In this document: piece by piece, positions 9,913-20,000 of the stretch | Layout: every line of letters begins with the position of its first letter | Position numbering within the stretch: position 1 is the stretch's first letter | Translations under genes and position numbers: made by a program | The notes under the pieces: generated by a model | The model's database searches: none | Seen by the model: only the letters and a program-made list of their open reading frames with translations | What the model was told of the DNA's origin: nothing | DNA from: Squalus acanthias | Taxonomy: Eukaryota | Direction: 5' to 3' | NCBI GenBank assembly: GCA_030390025.1 | Contig: CM059431.1 | Location: 159,761,429 to 159,781,428 of the forward strand | DNA: 20,000 nt

Positions 9913-10650
9913 GGGCAAAAAATTCGGCCCTTCCCTTGTGAGCCCGCGTTCTGTACTCACCCGTATTGCTTCCCGAAGTGCCGGTTACCTGCATGCACTG
10001 CGCATGCGCGGGAAGCACTACTTCCGGAATGGTGAAGGGGGCGGTTCCTAGGTGAACCGAGTGCGCGCTAGAGGCTGCGCGCATGCAGCACACTTAGATT
10101 ATTTTTCAGGTTTCTACGCGGTGTAAGTATTGAAGAAACTACACCAATGAAAAGGAGGCGCAAGACCCGTTTTGAACAAGGTAAGTGGTTAATTAAGTAT
10201 CATTTTAATTTTTTTTCAACAGGTTTATCTTTTTTAGATACCTTAAAGAAAGGTAAGTTTATTTTTATCACTCTTAAAAAGTATTTAAATTTTTTCAAAA
10301 ATTTTAATTTTTGTTTAAAGCGGTGAATTTATTTAACTATAGTTATTTTATAAATGTGATGGTTTTTTTAAATTCATTTTAAATTTAGCTGTTCTTTTGG
10401 GGCCGATTTCAATTTCAAATCTATGAATGAAAGATGGTCTGCTGCCATTGGCTCTCCATAACCCACGTGATCCCAGGGGACGCATCGCACTAACTGCGCC
10501 CCTGGAACACACAAGCACTGCGCGCCGGCAGTTGGGAGAGGCCCAGGACCCGAAGTTCCCGTGGGCCCAAAACACAACGGCAGGCATGGTAGGTAAGAGC
10601 GCGCGCAATCCTTACCCCCGTGGCATGCCGGAGAGGCGAATTTCTGGGCC
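9913..10650. mobile_element. Probable non-autonomous DNA transposon (PIF/Harbinger-like MITE) in the GPCR intron
   Basis: Imperfect terminal inverted repeats GGGCAAAAAATTCG / revcomp GGCCCAGAAATTCG (11/14) with AAT on both sides (9910-9912, 10651-10653). GC/CpG-rich arms surround an AT-rich core, and there is no transposase ORF. Confidence 0.55.
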
Positions 10651-10887
10651 AATGTTCTTTTTAGCGAATTTTCGGACCGTGTGTCACCCCGTGCAGAGGG
10701 AGCGCTGCAGCAACTCATTACAATGTGTGGGTGGGTTTCCCAGGTAATGCTCCAATACTATTCCTGTTCTCACACTGCTCCGTGTTGAAAATCACACTGA
10801 CTGGAGTAAAATGTTCTCAACAGGGATCTCCATATATATTTGAATCAGACGCTGGAACATTATTTCTCTCCTCTCTCTTTCTTACAG

Positions 10888-11807
10888 CGAACTTGGTGAC
10901 AATTGTGATTCTCTCCCGAGGAAACTGCGGCCTTTCCAAGTGTATCTCTGTCTACATGGTGGCCATGGCAGCAGCGGATCAACTGGTCATGATCATCAAT
11001 GTACTGGTGTATTATATTTTCACTCATCATTTCCCACTTTCCTTCCTGTCCCACACTCCGGTGTGTCGGGCAATTCTATACCTGACTGCTGTGGCCCTCC
11101 ATTTGTCGGTCTGGTTCACCGTCTCCTTCACATTTGACCGATTTGTAGCTCTCTGCTACCAGAAGTTTAAAACAAAGTATTGCACTGCCAGAACAGCGAC
11201 CGCGGTTATAACAACGCTCTCTGTTTTTTTCTTTGTGACGGACATCCCCGTTTTGTTTGTATATGAAGCTGAACGAATGATCGACAACGTGCAGTGGGGC
11301 TGTCGGAACAGTGTGGCTTCTTTATCCTTACCCGTGGCAATACCCTACTCCTGGTTCTACAGCATCTGGCTCGTTTGGCTTCCTTTCGCTTTAATCGCCT
11401 TGTTTAATTCTTTGATAATCAGGCGGATTTTAGTGGCCAATAGAGCGCGCAGGGGACTCCGGGATCGCAGCAGGGAGGTTCAGAATGATCCGGAGATGGA
11501 GAACCGAAGGAAATCCATCATCTTGCTCTTCACTATATCGGGCAGTTTTATAGTGCTGTGGCTGACAACTGCCGTGACTTTCTTAACCACCAGAATGACA
11601 AACCCCACTTATTATCGAGGCGAATTCACAAACCCAGCCTATATCGCCACTGAGACCGGAGCCATGCTGAAGTATTTGAATTCCTCTCCAAACACGTGTA
11701 TTTATGCAGCGACCCAGAAGAAGTTCAGAGAAGAGCTGAAGAAGGTGGTGAAATCTCCCTGGACACTGATTCTGAGATTGGTTAAAAATGAAAGAAACAC
11801 GAACTAG
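10888..11807 (+). CDS. GPR139-like class A (rhodopsin-family) GPCR, coding exon 2; spliced product 329 aa
   Basis: Polypyrimidine tract plus TTACAG acceptor ending at 10887, then an open frame to the TAG at 11805-11807. Seven hydrophobic segments, TM1 Asn (PAN), TM2 MAAAD, TM3 Cys and DRF, ECL2 Cys (WGC), TM5 Pro, TM7 NTCIY and helix 8 KFR. It resembles the GPR139/GPR142 family but orthology is not established. Confidence 0.9.
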
Positions 11808-11892
11808 AGCTTCGGTTGGGACATTAGAATTCAGTTATTGCCCCTGTTCCAGCTCAGATTGGGTTTCGCTGTCCTTACAGTTACATCAGTTT

Positions 11893-12693
11893 GGTTCACC
11901 CATCACTCCTGTGCTCGCTGACATAAGAACATAAGAACATAAGAAATAGGAGCAGGAGTAGGCCATTTGTCCCTTCGAGCCTGCTCCGCCATTCAATAAG
12001 ATCATGGCTGATCTTTTACCTCATCTCCACTTTCCTGCACTATCCTCATATCCCTTGATTCCCTTAATATACAAAAATCTATCGATCTCCGTCTTGAATA
12101 TACTCAACGACTGATCCTCCACAGACCTCTGGGGTAGAGAATTCCAAAGATTCACACCATCTGAGTGAAGAAATTTCTCCTCATCTCAGTCCGAAATGGC
12201 CGACCCCTTATTCTGAGACTGTGACCCCCTGGTTCTAGACTCTCCAGCCAGGGGAACCATCCTCCCTGCATCTACTCTGTCAAGCCCTGTAAGAATTTGG
12301 TATGTTTCAATGAGATCACCTTTCATAATTCTAAACTCTAGAGAATATATGCCTAGCCTACTGAAACTGTCCTCATAGGACAATTCCCCCATCCCAGGAA
12401 CCAGTCTGGTGAACCTTCGTTGCATTCCCTCTGTGGCAAGTATATCCTTCCTGAGGTAAGGAGAATAGAACTGTACACAATACTCCAGGTGTGGTCTCAC
12501 CAGGGCCCTATATAACTGCAGTAAGACGTCTTTATTCTTGTACTCTAATCCTCTTGTAATAAAGGCCTACATTCTCTCCAGGTTAAGCAACGCCTCGATT
12601 TCAAAATTATCATCCTTGTTTGCACATGTTTCTATGGCCTCGCCCCTCACCATCTCTGTAATCGCCACCAGCCCCACAACCCTCCGAGATATC
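11893..12693 (+). mobile_element. Old L2-clade LINE ORF2 C-terminal fragment (11893-11922 plus 12567-12693), split by a CR1 insertion
   Basis: The two halves join in frame as SPITPVLAD|LHSLQVKQRLDFKIIILVCTCFYGLAPHHLCNRHQPHNPPRY, matching the L2 motif ITPVL..LHWLPV..RI.FK.......L.GLAP.YL. Confidence 0.75.
11923..12566 (-). mobile_element. CR1 LINE 3' fragment (5'-truncated)
   Basis: ORF2 C-terminus (RPHLEYCVQF.SPYLRKDI...QRRFTRL.PG), a 3'UTR and an (ACATAAGA)x3 octamer tail at 11921-11944. Confidence 0.92.
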
Positions 12694-13356
12694 AGCTGTT
12701 TGAATATCATAGTGCGAGGACTGTAATTCAATTCTGCCATGTAATTGACAGGAAAAATCCAACAGTTTTACAGAAAGATTCAAGGGTTATCAATGCAAGA
12801 GGTCAGGACTCCGTCTTTGGCTGTAGCTCAAAATCACGTCGCTGCCTGATATTTGCACCGCGCAATATTCAGTTCTATTGCAGTCAATGGTACGGATTAT
12901 CGGAGGGAACATATAACAGGCGACCGACGGCCGCCTCTTTCCAGCGGAATCTGCCATTTGTTCCACTTAGCGTTTGAAGATTCTAAAGGGATCTTTACCT
13001 CCGCCGGAATTAAACACATGTTACGTTATATTAAAGAAAAGAAAATCAATGCTCAGCGCTGATGTCCAGCAGCACTAATGCCCGCGAAAAATAATAAAAG
13101 GTACACATAAATATTAGCGAGTTATTTGTTATCACTTTTGAACTGCGAGACTCACATAAAACTGCTGTGAACGCAAGGTTCAAGGAGTGAAAGATGGACG
13201 AGCTCCTGAATATAATTGGGGGCACGTCGACTGAATGTTGCACCCATTAGATGTTAGTGTCAGAAATGATGACGTAGCAGATTCACTTCTGTAATACCCC
13301 CACCCCATGTCATCAATAAACCCCTACTTCAGACTGTGGCGCTGTCTGCGAACGTG

Positions 13357-13872
13357 AGAACATAAGAACATAAGACGTCGGAGCAGGAGTCGGTCTTTTG
13401 ACCCCTCGAACCTGCCCCGCCATTTAATGAGATCATGGCTGATCTGATCTTGGCCTCAACTCCACTTCCCTGCCCGCTCCCCCTAACCCTTGACTCCATT
13501 ACCATTCAAAAATCTGTCTATCTCCACCTTAAATATATTCAATGACCCAACCTCCACAGCTCTCTGGGGAAGAGAATTCCAAAGATTCACGACCCGTTGA
13601 GAGAAGAAATTCCTCCTCATTTCCTATTTAAATGGGTGCCCATTATTCTGAAATTATGCCCCCTAGTTCTAGATTCCCCCTCGAGGGGAAACATCCTCTC
13701 TGCATCTACCGTGTCAAGCCCCTTCAGAATCTTATATGTTTCATTAAGATCCCCTCTCATTCTTCTAAAGTCCAATGAGAATAGGCCCAACCTGCTCAAC
13801 TTTTCTTCAGAAGACAACCCCTTCATCTCCGGAATCAGCCTCGTGAACCTTCTCTGAACTGCCGCCAATGCA
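13357..13872 (-). mobile_element. CR1 LINE 3' fragment (5'-truncated)
   Basis: VQRRFTRLIPEMKGLS.EE.LSRLGLFSL..RRMRGDL.ETYKI motif and an AGAACATAAGAACATAAGA tail. Same tail family as the 11923-12566 copy. Confidence 0.92.
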
Positions 13873-14176
13873 CGAGAGGCCGCGGTTTGATTGACTTAGA
13901 GCAGGAAATGCTGCTGCCGATCAGTGTCTGTGTCAGAATGCTCCGGCTCTCTCAGTGATGACCTGATGTCAATTTCCCCAGTCCCGTAATTCCGCCGGCC
14001 CACCAGTTTAGGGGAGTAATACCGAACACCAAGTCCGTCAGCCCCACGATATCAGTTCCATTTACAACTCGTCAAGCAAAGAACACAGAAGAATTGGAAC
14101 AACTGTCACTGGGCAAAGCAAATGGGACATTAAGTCTACTCAGAGCAACATCCATGTGCAGTCATGCCTGAAGTAC

Positions 14177-17100
14177 CATATAGTCACAGAGTCAAAGAGT
14201 CATAGAGTTATACAGCACAGAAAGAGTCCCTTCGGCCCATCGTGTCCGCGCTCGCCATCAAGCCCTGTCTATTCTAATCCCATTTTCCAGCACTTGGTCC
14301 GTAGCCTTGTATGCTATCGCGTTTCAAGTGCTCATCTAAATGCTTCTTGAATGTTGTGAGGATTCCTGCCTCTACCACCCTTTCAGGCAGTGAGTTCCAG
14401 ATTCCAACCACCCTCTTGGTGAAAACGTTTTTCCTCAAATCCCCTCTAAACCGCCTGCCCCTTACCTTGAAATTATGCCCCCTGGTTATTGACCCCTCTA
14501 CTAAGGGGAAAAGTTCCTTTCTATCTACCCTATCTATGCCCCTCATAATTTTGTACACCTCAATCAGGTCCCCCCTCAGCCTTCTCTGCTCTAAGGAAAA
14601 CAACCCCAGCCTGTCCAGTCTCTCTTCATAGCTGAAGCGCTCCAGACCAGGTAACATCCTGGTGAATCTCCTCTGCACCCTCTCCAATGCAATCACTTCC
14701 TTCCTATATTGTGACGACCAGAACTGCACACAGTATTCCAGCTGTGGCCTAACTAGCGTTTTGTACAGTTCTTTCATAACCTCCCTGCTCTTATATTCTA
14801 TGCCTCGGCTAATGAAGGCAAGTATCCCATATGCCTTTTTAACACCTTATCTACCTGTCCTGCTGCCTTCAGGGATCGATGTACATGCACACCAAGATCC
14901 CACTGATCTTCTGCCCTTCCTAGGGTCCTTCCATTCATTGTGTATTCCCTTGCCTTGTTAGTCCTCCCAAAATGAATCACCTCACACTTTTCAGGGTTAA
15001 ATTCCATTTGCCACTGTTCTGCCCATCTGACCAACCCGTCTATATCGTCCTGTAGCCTGAGGCTTCCCTCCTCGCTATTTCCCACTCCACCAATGTTCGT
15101 GTCATCTGCGAACTTACTGATCATACCTCCTACATTCATATCTAAATCATTAATGTACACTACAAACAGCAAAAGACCTAGCACCGATCCCTGCGGTACA
15201 ACACTGGACACAAGCTTCCAGTCACAAAACAACCTTCGACCATCACCCTCTGCCTCCTGCCACTAAACCAATTTTGGATCCAACGTGCCAAATTGCCCTG
15301 GATCCCATGGCTCTTACCTTCTTGGCCAGTCTCCCATGCGGGACTTTGTAAAAAGCCTTACTGAAGTCCATGTAGACTACATCAACTGCACTACCCTCAC
15401 CCACGCACCTAGTCACACCCTCGAAAAATGCAATCATATTCGTTAGACATGATCTCCCCCTGACAAAGCCATGCTGACTATCCTTGATTAATCCTTGTCT
15501 CTCTAAGTGGAGACTAATTCTGTCCCTCAGATTTTTTTCCAATAATTTCCCTACCACTGATGTTAGGCTCACTGGCCTGTAATTCCCTGGTTTAGCCCTA
15601 CTAACCTTCTTGAATAATGGAACTACGTTAGCTGTCCTTCAGTCCTCTGGTACCTCCCCTGTGGCAAGAGAGGATCTGAAAATTTGTGTCAGAGCCCCTG
15701 CAATCTCCTCCCTTGCCTCACATAGCAGTCTGGGATACATCTCGCCTGGGCCTGGGGATTTATCCACTTTTAAGCCAGCTAAAACCGCTAGTACCTCCTC
15801 CCTCTCAATACTAATTTGTTCAAGTATATCACAATACCCCTGCTTGATTTATATGACTACATCGTCCTTCTCCATAGTGAACACAGATGCAAAATATTCA
15901 TTTAAAACTTCACCAACATCTTCCGGCTCTACACACAGATTGCCACTTTGGTCCCTAATGGGCGCTACTCTTTCCCTGGTTATCATCTTGCCCTCAATAT
16001 ACTTATAAAACAACTTGGGATTTTCCTTTATTTTGCCCACCAGTGTTTTTTCATGCCCCCTCTTCTCTCTCCTAATTTCTTTTTTAAGTACCCCCCTGCA
16101 TTTTCCATACTCCTCTCGGGCTTCCACTGTTTTTAGTTTTTTGTATCTGCCAAAAGCCTCCCTTTTTTTCAAATCCATTCTTACATATCCCTTGACATCC
16201 AGTGTTCCCTGGGCTTGTTGGTCCCACCCTTGACCTTTACGGGAACATGTTGGCGTTGTACTCTCTCTATTTCCTTTCTGAAACACTCCCACTGCTCTGA
16301 TGTGGATTTTCCTACAAGTAGCTGATCCCAGTCCACTTTGGCCAGATCCTGCCTTATCATATTAAAATCGTCCTTCCCCCAATTTAGAAACTTTATTTCC
16401 GGTCCATTTTTGTCCTTTTCCATGACTACCTTAAATCTCCTCGAATTATGGTCACTCTCACCAAAATGCTCTCCCACTGACACATCTAACACTTGCCCGG
16501 CTACATTCCCTAGAAGTAGGTCCAGTACCGCCCCCTTTCTTGTAGGACTTTCTACATGCTGGCTCAAAAAGCTCTCCTGGATGCACTTTAAAAATTCCGC
16601 ACCCGCTAAGCCTTTCACACTCTCACTATCCCAGTTAATATTTGGGAAGTTGAAATCTCCTACTATTATTACCCTATTATTTCTACACTTCTCTGAGATT
16701 TGCCTACATATCTGTTCCTCTATCTCCCCCTGACTGTTTGGGGGCCTATAGTTCACTCCCAGCAAATTGCTTGCCCCCTTTTTGTTTATAAGTTCTACCC
16801 ATATGCCCTCATTAGAGTAACCTGCTAAGATATCATCCCTCCTTACAGCAGTAATTGACTCATTGATTAATATTGCGACACCCCTCCTCTTTTACACCGC
16901 CCTCTGTCTCGCCTGAAGATTCTATACCCTGGAATATTGAGCTGCCTGTTCTGCCCATCCCTCAACCATGTCTCTGTGATAGCAACAATATCATACCCTC
17001 ATGTGTTCATCAACACCTTCAATTCATCTGCCTTACTCGCAAGACTCCTTGCATTAAAATAAATGCCATCCTGCCTTGCCATACTGCCTTGTTCCGTTAC

Positions 17101-17716
17101 ATATTTGCTCTGCCTTCCAGGCTGATTTGTTTTTTCCTCTATATTTGGCTGTGCATCACCCCCTACTATATCTCCACTCCGTATCCTATCCCCCTGCCAA
17201 GTTAGTTTAACCCCCACCCCCAACAGTACTTGCAAACCTCCCCGCAAGGATGTTGGTCCCGTTCCGGTTCAGGTGCAACCCGTCCGACTTGTACAGGTGC
17301 CACATTCCCCAGAAGCAGACCCAGTGATCCAGGAAACTAAAGCCCTCCCTCCTGCACCAACTCTTTAGCCACGCATTCATCTGCTCTATCCTCCTATTCC
17401 TATACTCACTCGCACGTGGCACCGGGAGTAATACAGAGATTACAACCTTTGAGCTCCTGTTTTTTAATCTGCTACCTAGCTCCCTAAATTCTTGTTGCAG
17501 GACCTCATCCCTCTTTCTACCCATGTCGTTGTTACCAATGTGAACCAGGATTTCTAACTGTTCGCCCTCCCCCTTCAGAATGCCCTGCAGCCGTTCAGTG
17601 ACATCCTTGACCCTGGCACAAGGTAGGCAACATACCATCCTGGAGTCACGTCTGCGGCTACAGAATCGTCTATCTGTTCCCAATACGATAGAATCCCCTA
17701 TCACTATTGCTCTCAT
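14177..17716 (-). mobile_element. CR1 LINE, ~3.5 kb: ORF1 esterase domain, ORF2 (APE endonuclease plus reverse transcriptase) and 3' tail; degenerate, truncated within ORF1
   Basis: ORF1 GDS/HIGNND/DGLHL (17207-17716). APE motifs YFNARSL, YRPP, GDFNFP, LDL and SDH. RT motifs SLTSVVGKLLE, QHGF, DFSKAF, VPQGSVLG and FADD, then the C-terminal RPQLEYC. Degenerate (CATAGAGT)n tail at 14177-14210. ORF2 is broken into at least six pieces. Confidence 0.95.
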
Positions 17717-18182
17717 ATAACACAGTAGATTTTTATTTTATTTTATATATTTTATTTTCAAACTGACTTTAGGTTGCTAATTTGCTTTCTGACTTTGTTG
17801 AATTTAGATTTACATTGATAACAGCAGTGGATCTCCCGTGTTATTGTTGGTAGCGAGTTGCAGGGTGAGGTGTAAGTTTAGGAAAGGCTGCACTGAGTAA
17901 GGGGAGTGACTGATTGTGGGAAGCGGATCTGGGATCTAGAAGTAACTTTGGGAGATGAGGGCTCACAGTGAATTGCTGAGTCAGCAGAAAAAGACACAAA
18001 GTCACGTGAACCTTTCGCCCACCCTTTCTCCCCAATAACCACTGACAGTCAAGTAAGAGTGAACTGGTTTTTCTTTCCTTTAAGATAAATTTAAGTGAAT
18101 CAGAAATTTCTAACCGTGTTTTTATTTACTGTTAGTGTTTCGAATGAAACGCATCACTCGCCATATCCGGTCACACATTACT

Positions 18183-19552
18183 CATAGAATCATAGACATT
18201 TACAACAGAGAAGGAGGCCATTCGGCCCATCTTGTCCGTGCCGGCCGACAACAAGCTATCCAACCTAATCCCACTTTCCAGCACTTGGTCTGTAGCATTG
18301 TAGGTTATGGCATTTCAAGTGCATATGCAAGTATTTTTGAAATGTGATGAGGGTCTCTGCCTCTACCACCATTTCAGGCAGTGAGTTCCAGACCCCCACC
18401 ACCATCTGGGTGAAAAATGTTCTCCTTAAATCCCCTTTAAACTTCCGCCAATTACTTTAAATCTATGCCCCCTGGTTATGGGCCCCTCTGCTGAGGGAAA
18501 TAGGTCCTTCCTATCCACACTATCTAGGCCCCTCATAACTTTATACACCTCAGTTAGGTCTCCCTCTCAACCTCCTCTGTTCCAAAGAAAACAAAACCAG
18601 CCTAACCAATCTTTCCTCATAGCTAAAATTCCCCAGCCCAGGCAACATCCTCGTAAATCTCCTCTTCACCCCCTCTAGTGCAATCACATCCTTCCTGTAA
18701 TATTGTGGCCAGAATTGCACGCAGTATTCTAGCTGAGGCCTAACTAGTGTTTTATACAGTTCAAGCATAACCTCCCTGCTCTTATATTCTATGCTGCGGC
18801 TAATAAAGGCAAGTATCCCGTATGCCTTCTTAACCACCTTATCAACCTGTCCTGCTACTTTAGGGATCTGTGGACGTGTACGCCAAGGTCCCTCTGATCT
18901 TCTGCACTTCTCAGTGTCCTACCATTTATAGTTTATTCACTTGCCTTGTTAGCCGTCCCCAGAGGCATTACCTCACACTTCTCCAGATTGAATTACATTT
19001 GCCACTGTTGAGCCCAACTGACCAGTCCATTGATATCTTCCTGCAGTCTGCAGCTTTCTTCTTCATTATCGACCACACTGCCAATTTATGAACCATCTGC
19101 AAAATTCCTAATCATACTTCCTACATTCAAGTCCAAATCATTGATATATACCACAAAAAGCCAAGGACCCAGTACTAAGTCCTGCAGAACCCCAATAGAA
19201 ACAGCCTTTCAATCACAAAACCACCGTTCGACCATTCCCCTTTGGTTTCCTTCCTCTGAGCCAACTTTGCATCCAACTTTGCTTTCGATCCCATGGACTT
19301 TTACTTTCGTGACCAGTCTGCCAGGCGGGACCTTATTAAAAGCCTTGCTAAAATCCATATAGACTACATCAAACGAACAAACCTCATCGACCCTCCTTGT
19401 TACCTCCTCAAAATATTCAGTCAAATTAGTCAGACACGACATTCCCTTATCAAATGCTTGTTGACTGACCATGATTAATCCGTGTCTTTCTAAATGAAGA
19501 TTTATCCTGTCTCTCAGAATTGTTTCCAATAATTTTCCCACCACCGAGATTA
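18183..19552 (-). mobile_element. CR1 LINE, 5'-truncated (RT domain to 3' tail), degenerate
   Basis: SVVGKLLETILRDRI, DFSKAFNKVP and RPQLEYCVQFW motifs and a CATAGAATCATAGA tail. Colinear with 14200-15560. Possible ATTACT duplication at 18177-18182 / 19549-19554. Confidence 0.92.
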
Positions 19553-19787
19553 CTAAAGATAATACATTTATAAAAATTGAAATATTACTGGAAGAGAGAA
19601 GTAACAATCCCAGAACATCAGCAATTATCTTTGAAAATTGCCTGCAGTACTTTCACTGCATACCTTGCTTCTCTCTCTCTCTGGAACCGAATGATTAATT
19701 CTGCTGCATTTCCACAATCAAGATGCTCAGCAAAGCCGCACAGTCCAAGAATGTACCTGTACGAGTTTGAGCATCTCTCAGGAATGG

Positions 19788-19806
19788 ACTACAACTCCCA
19801 GAATGC
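19788..19806 (+). promoter_or_regulatory. ZNF143/Staf extended binding motif (ACTACAACTCCCAGAATGC)
   Basis: 19-bp match to the ACTACA-n-TCCCA-n-AATGC composite motif bound by ZNF143 with THAP11/HCFC1 in vertebrates. Binding is not demonstrated here. Confidence 0.6.
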
Positions 19807-19836
19807 AGCAGTGATTCAGTGCGTGTTATTCCCTTT

Positions 19837-20000
19837 CATGGCTCAGTTGTCAACATCCTCGACTTGCAGTCAGAAGGTTCAGGGTTCAAAGTCCTGCTGC
19901 AGAGACTTGAGCACAACATTCAGGCTGACACTGCGTTGCAGTGCTGAGGGAGCGCTGCACTGTCGGAGGTGCCGTCTTTCAGATGAGACGTTGAACAGAG
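19837..20000 (+). mobile_element. tRNA-derived SINE of the DeuSINE superfamily (SacSINE1-like), running off the window edge
   Basis: A box TGGCTCAGTTG (19839-19849) and B-box-like GGTTCAAAGTCC (19883-19894), followed by GCAGTGCTGAGGGAGCGCTGCACTGTCGGAGGTGCCGTCTTTCAGATGAGACGTT, which I recognise from memory as Deu-domain sequence. Confidence 0.78.

Noticed and set aside
9887..10747. Short ORFs in the GPCR intron as a transposase or nested gene
   Set aside because: No recognisable motifs; they are best explained by the GC-rich arms of the MITE.
10725..10887. N-terminal 54 aa of the 360-aa ORF as the receptor N-terminus
   Set aside because: It starts at GTG and runs through a polypyrimidine tract and acceptor. 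The upstream exon at 9652-9721 supplies a proper TM1 in phase.
17902..17916. GGGAGTGACTGATTG matching the reverse complement of 1168-1182 (14/15), as an inverted CR1 5'UTR piece
   Set aside because: The match does not visibly extend on either side and is too short to call homology.
19837..19905. Functional tRNA gene
   Set aside because: It has A/B boxes but no convincing cloverleaf and continues directly into SINE body sequence.

Overview
Repeat-rich eukaryotic (vertebrate) genomic DNA, not prokaryotic. The CR1 families, the Deu-type tRNA SINE and the GPR139-like receptor suggest a cartilaginous fish (inference from recalled family sequences). From left to right: the 5' end and ORF1 of a CR1 LINE (minus strand), then a ~8.1 kb array of a 48-bp satellite (~140 monomers, with multi-monomer block duplications). 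The array is interrupted by two Penelope-like element (PLE) insertions at nearly the same monomer position. One is a 1.16 kb GIY-YIG-encoding fragment carrying a minimal type I hammerhead ribozyme; the other is a 115-bp fold-back of the same element's terminus with an 11-bp target-site duplication. Next comes an apparently intact two-exon class A GPCR gene (GPR139-like, 329 aa after splicing) with a TATA box ~170 bp past the satellite and a probable Harbinger-type MITE in its intron. The remainder holds four more minus-strand CR1 copies (one nested in an older L2 fragment), a close match to the extended ZNF143/Staf motif and a tRNA-derived Deu-domain SINE. All family assignments were made by eye; no searches were run.
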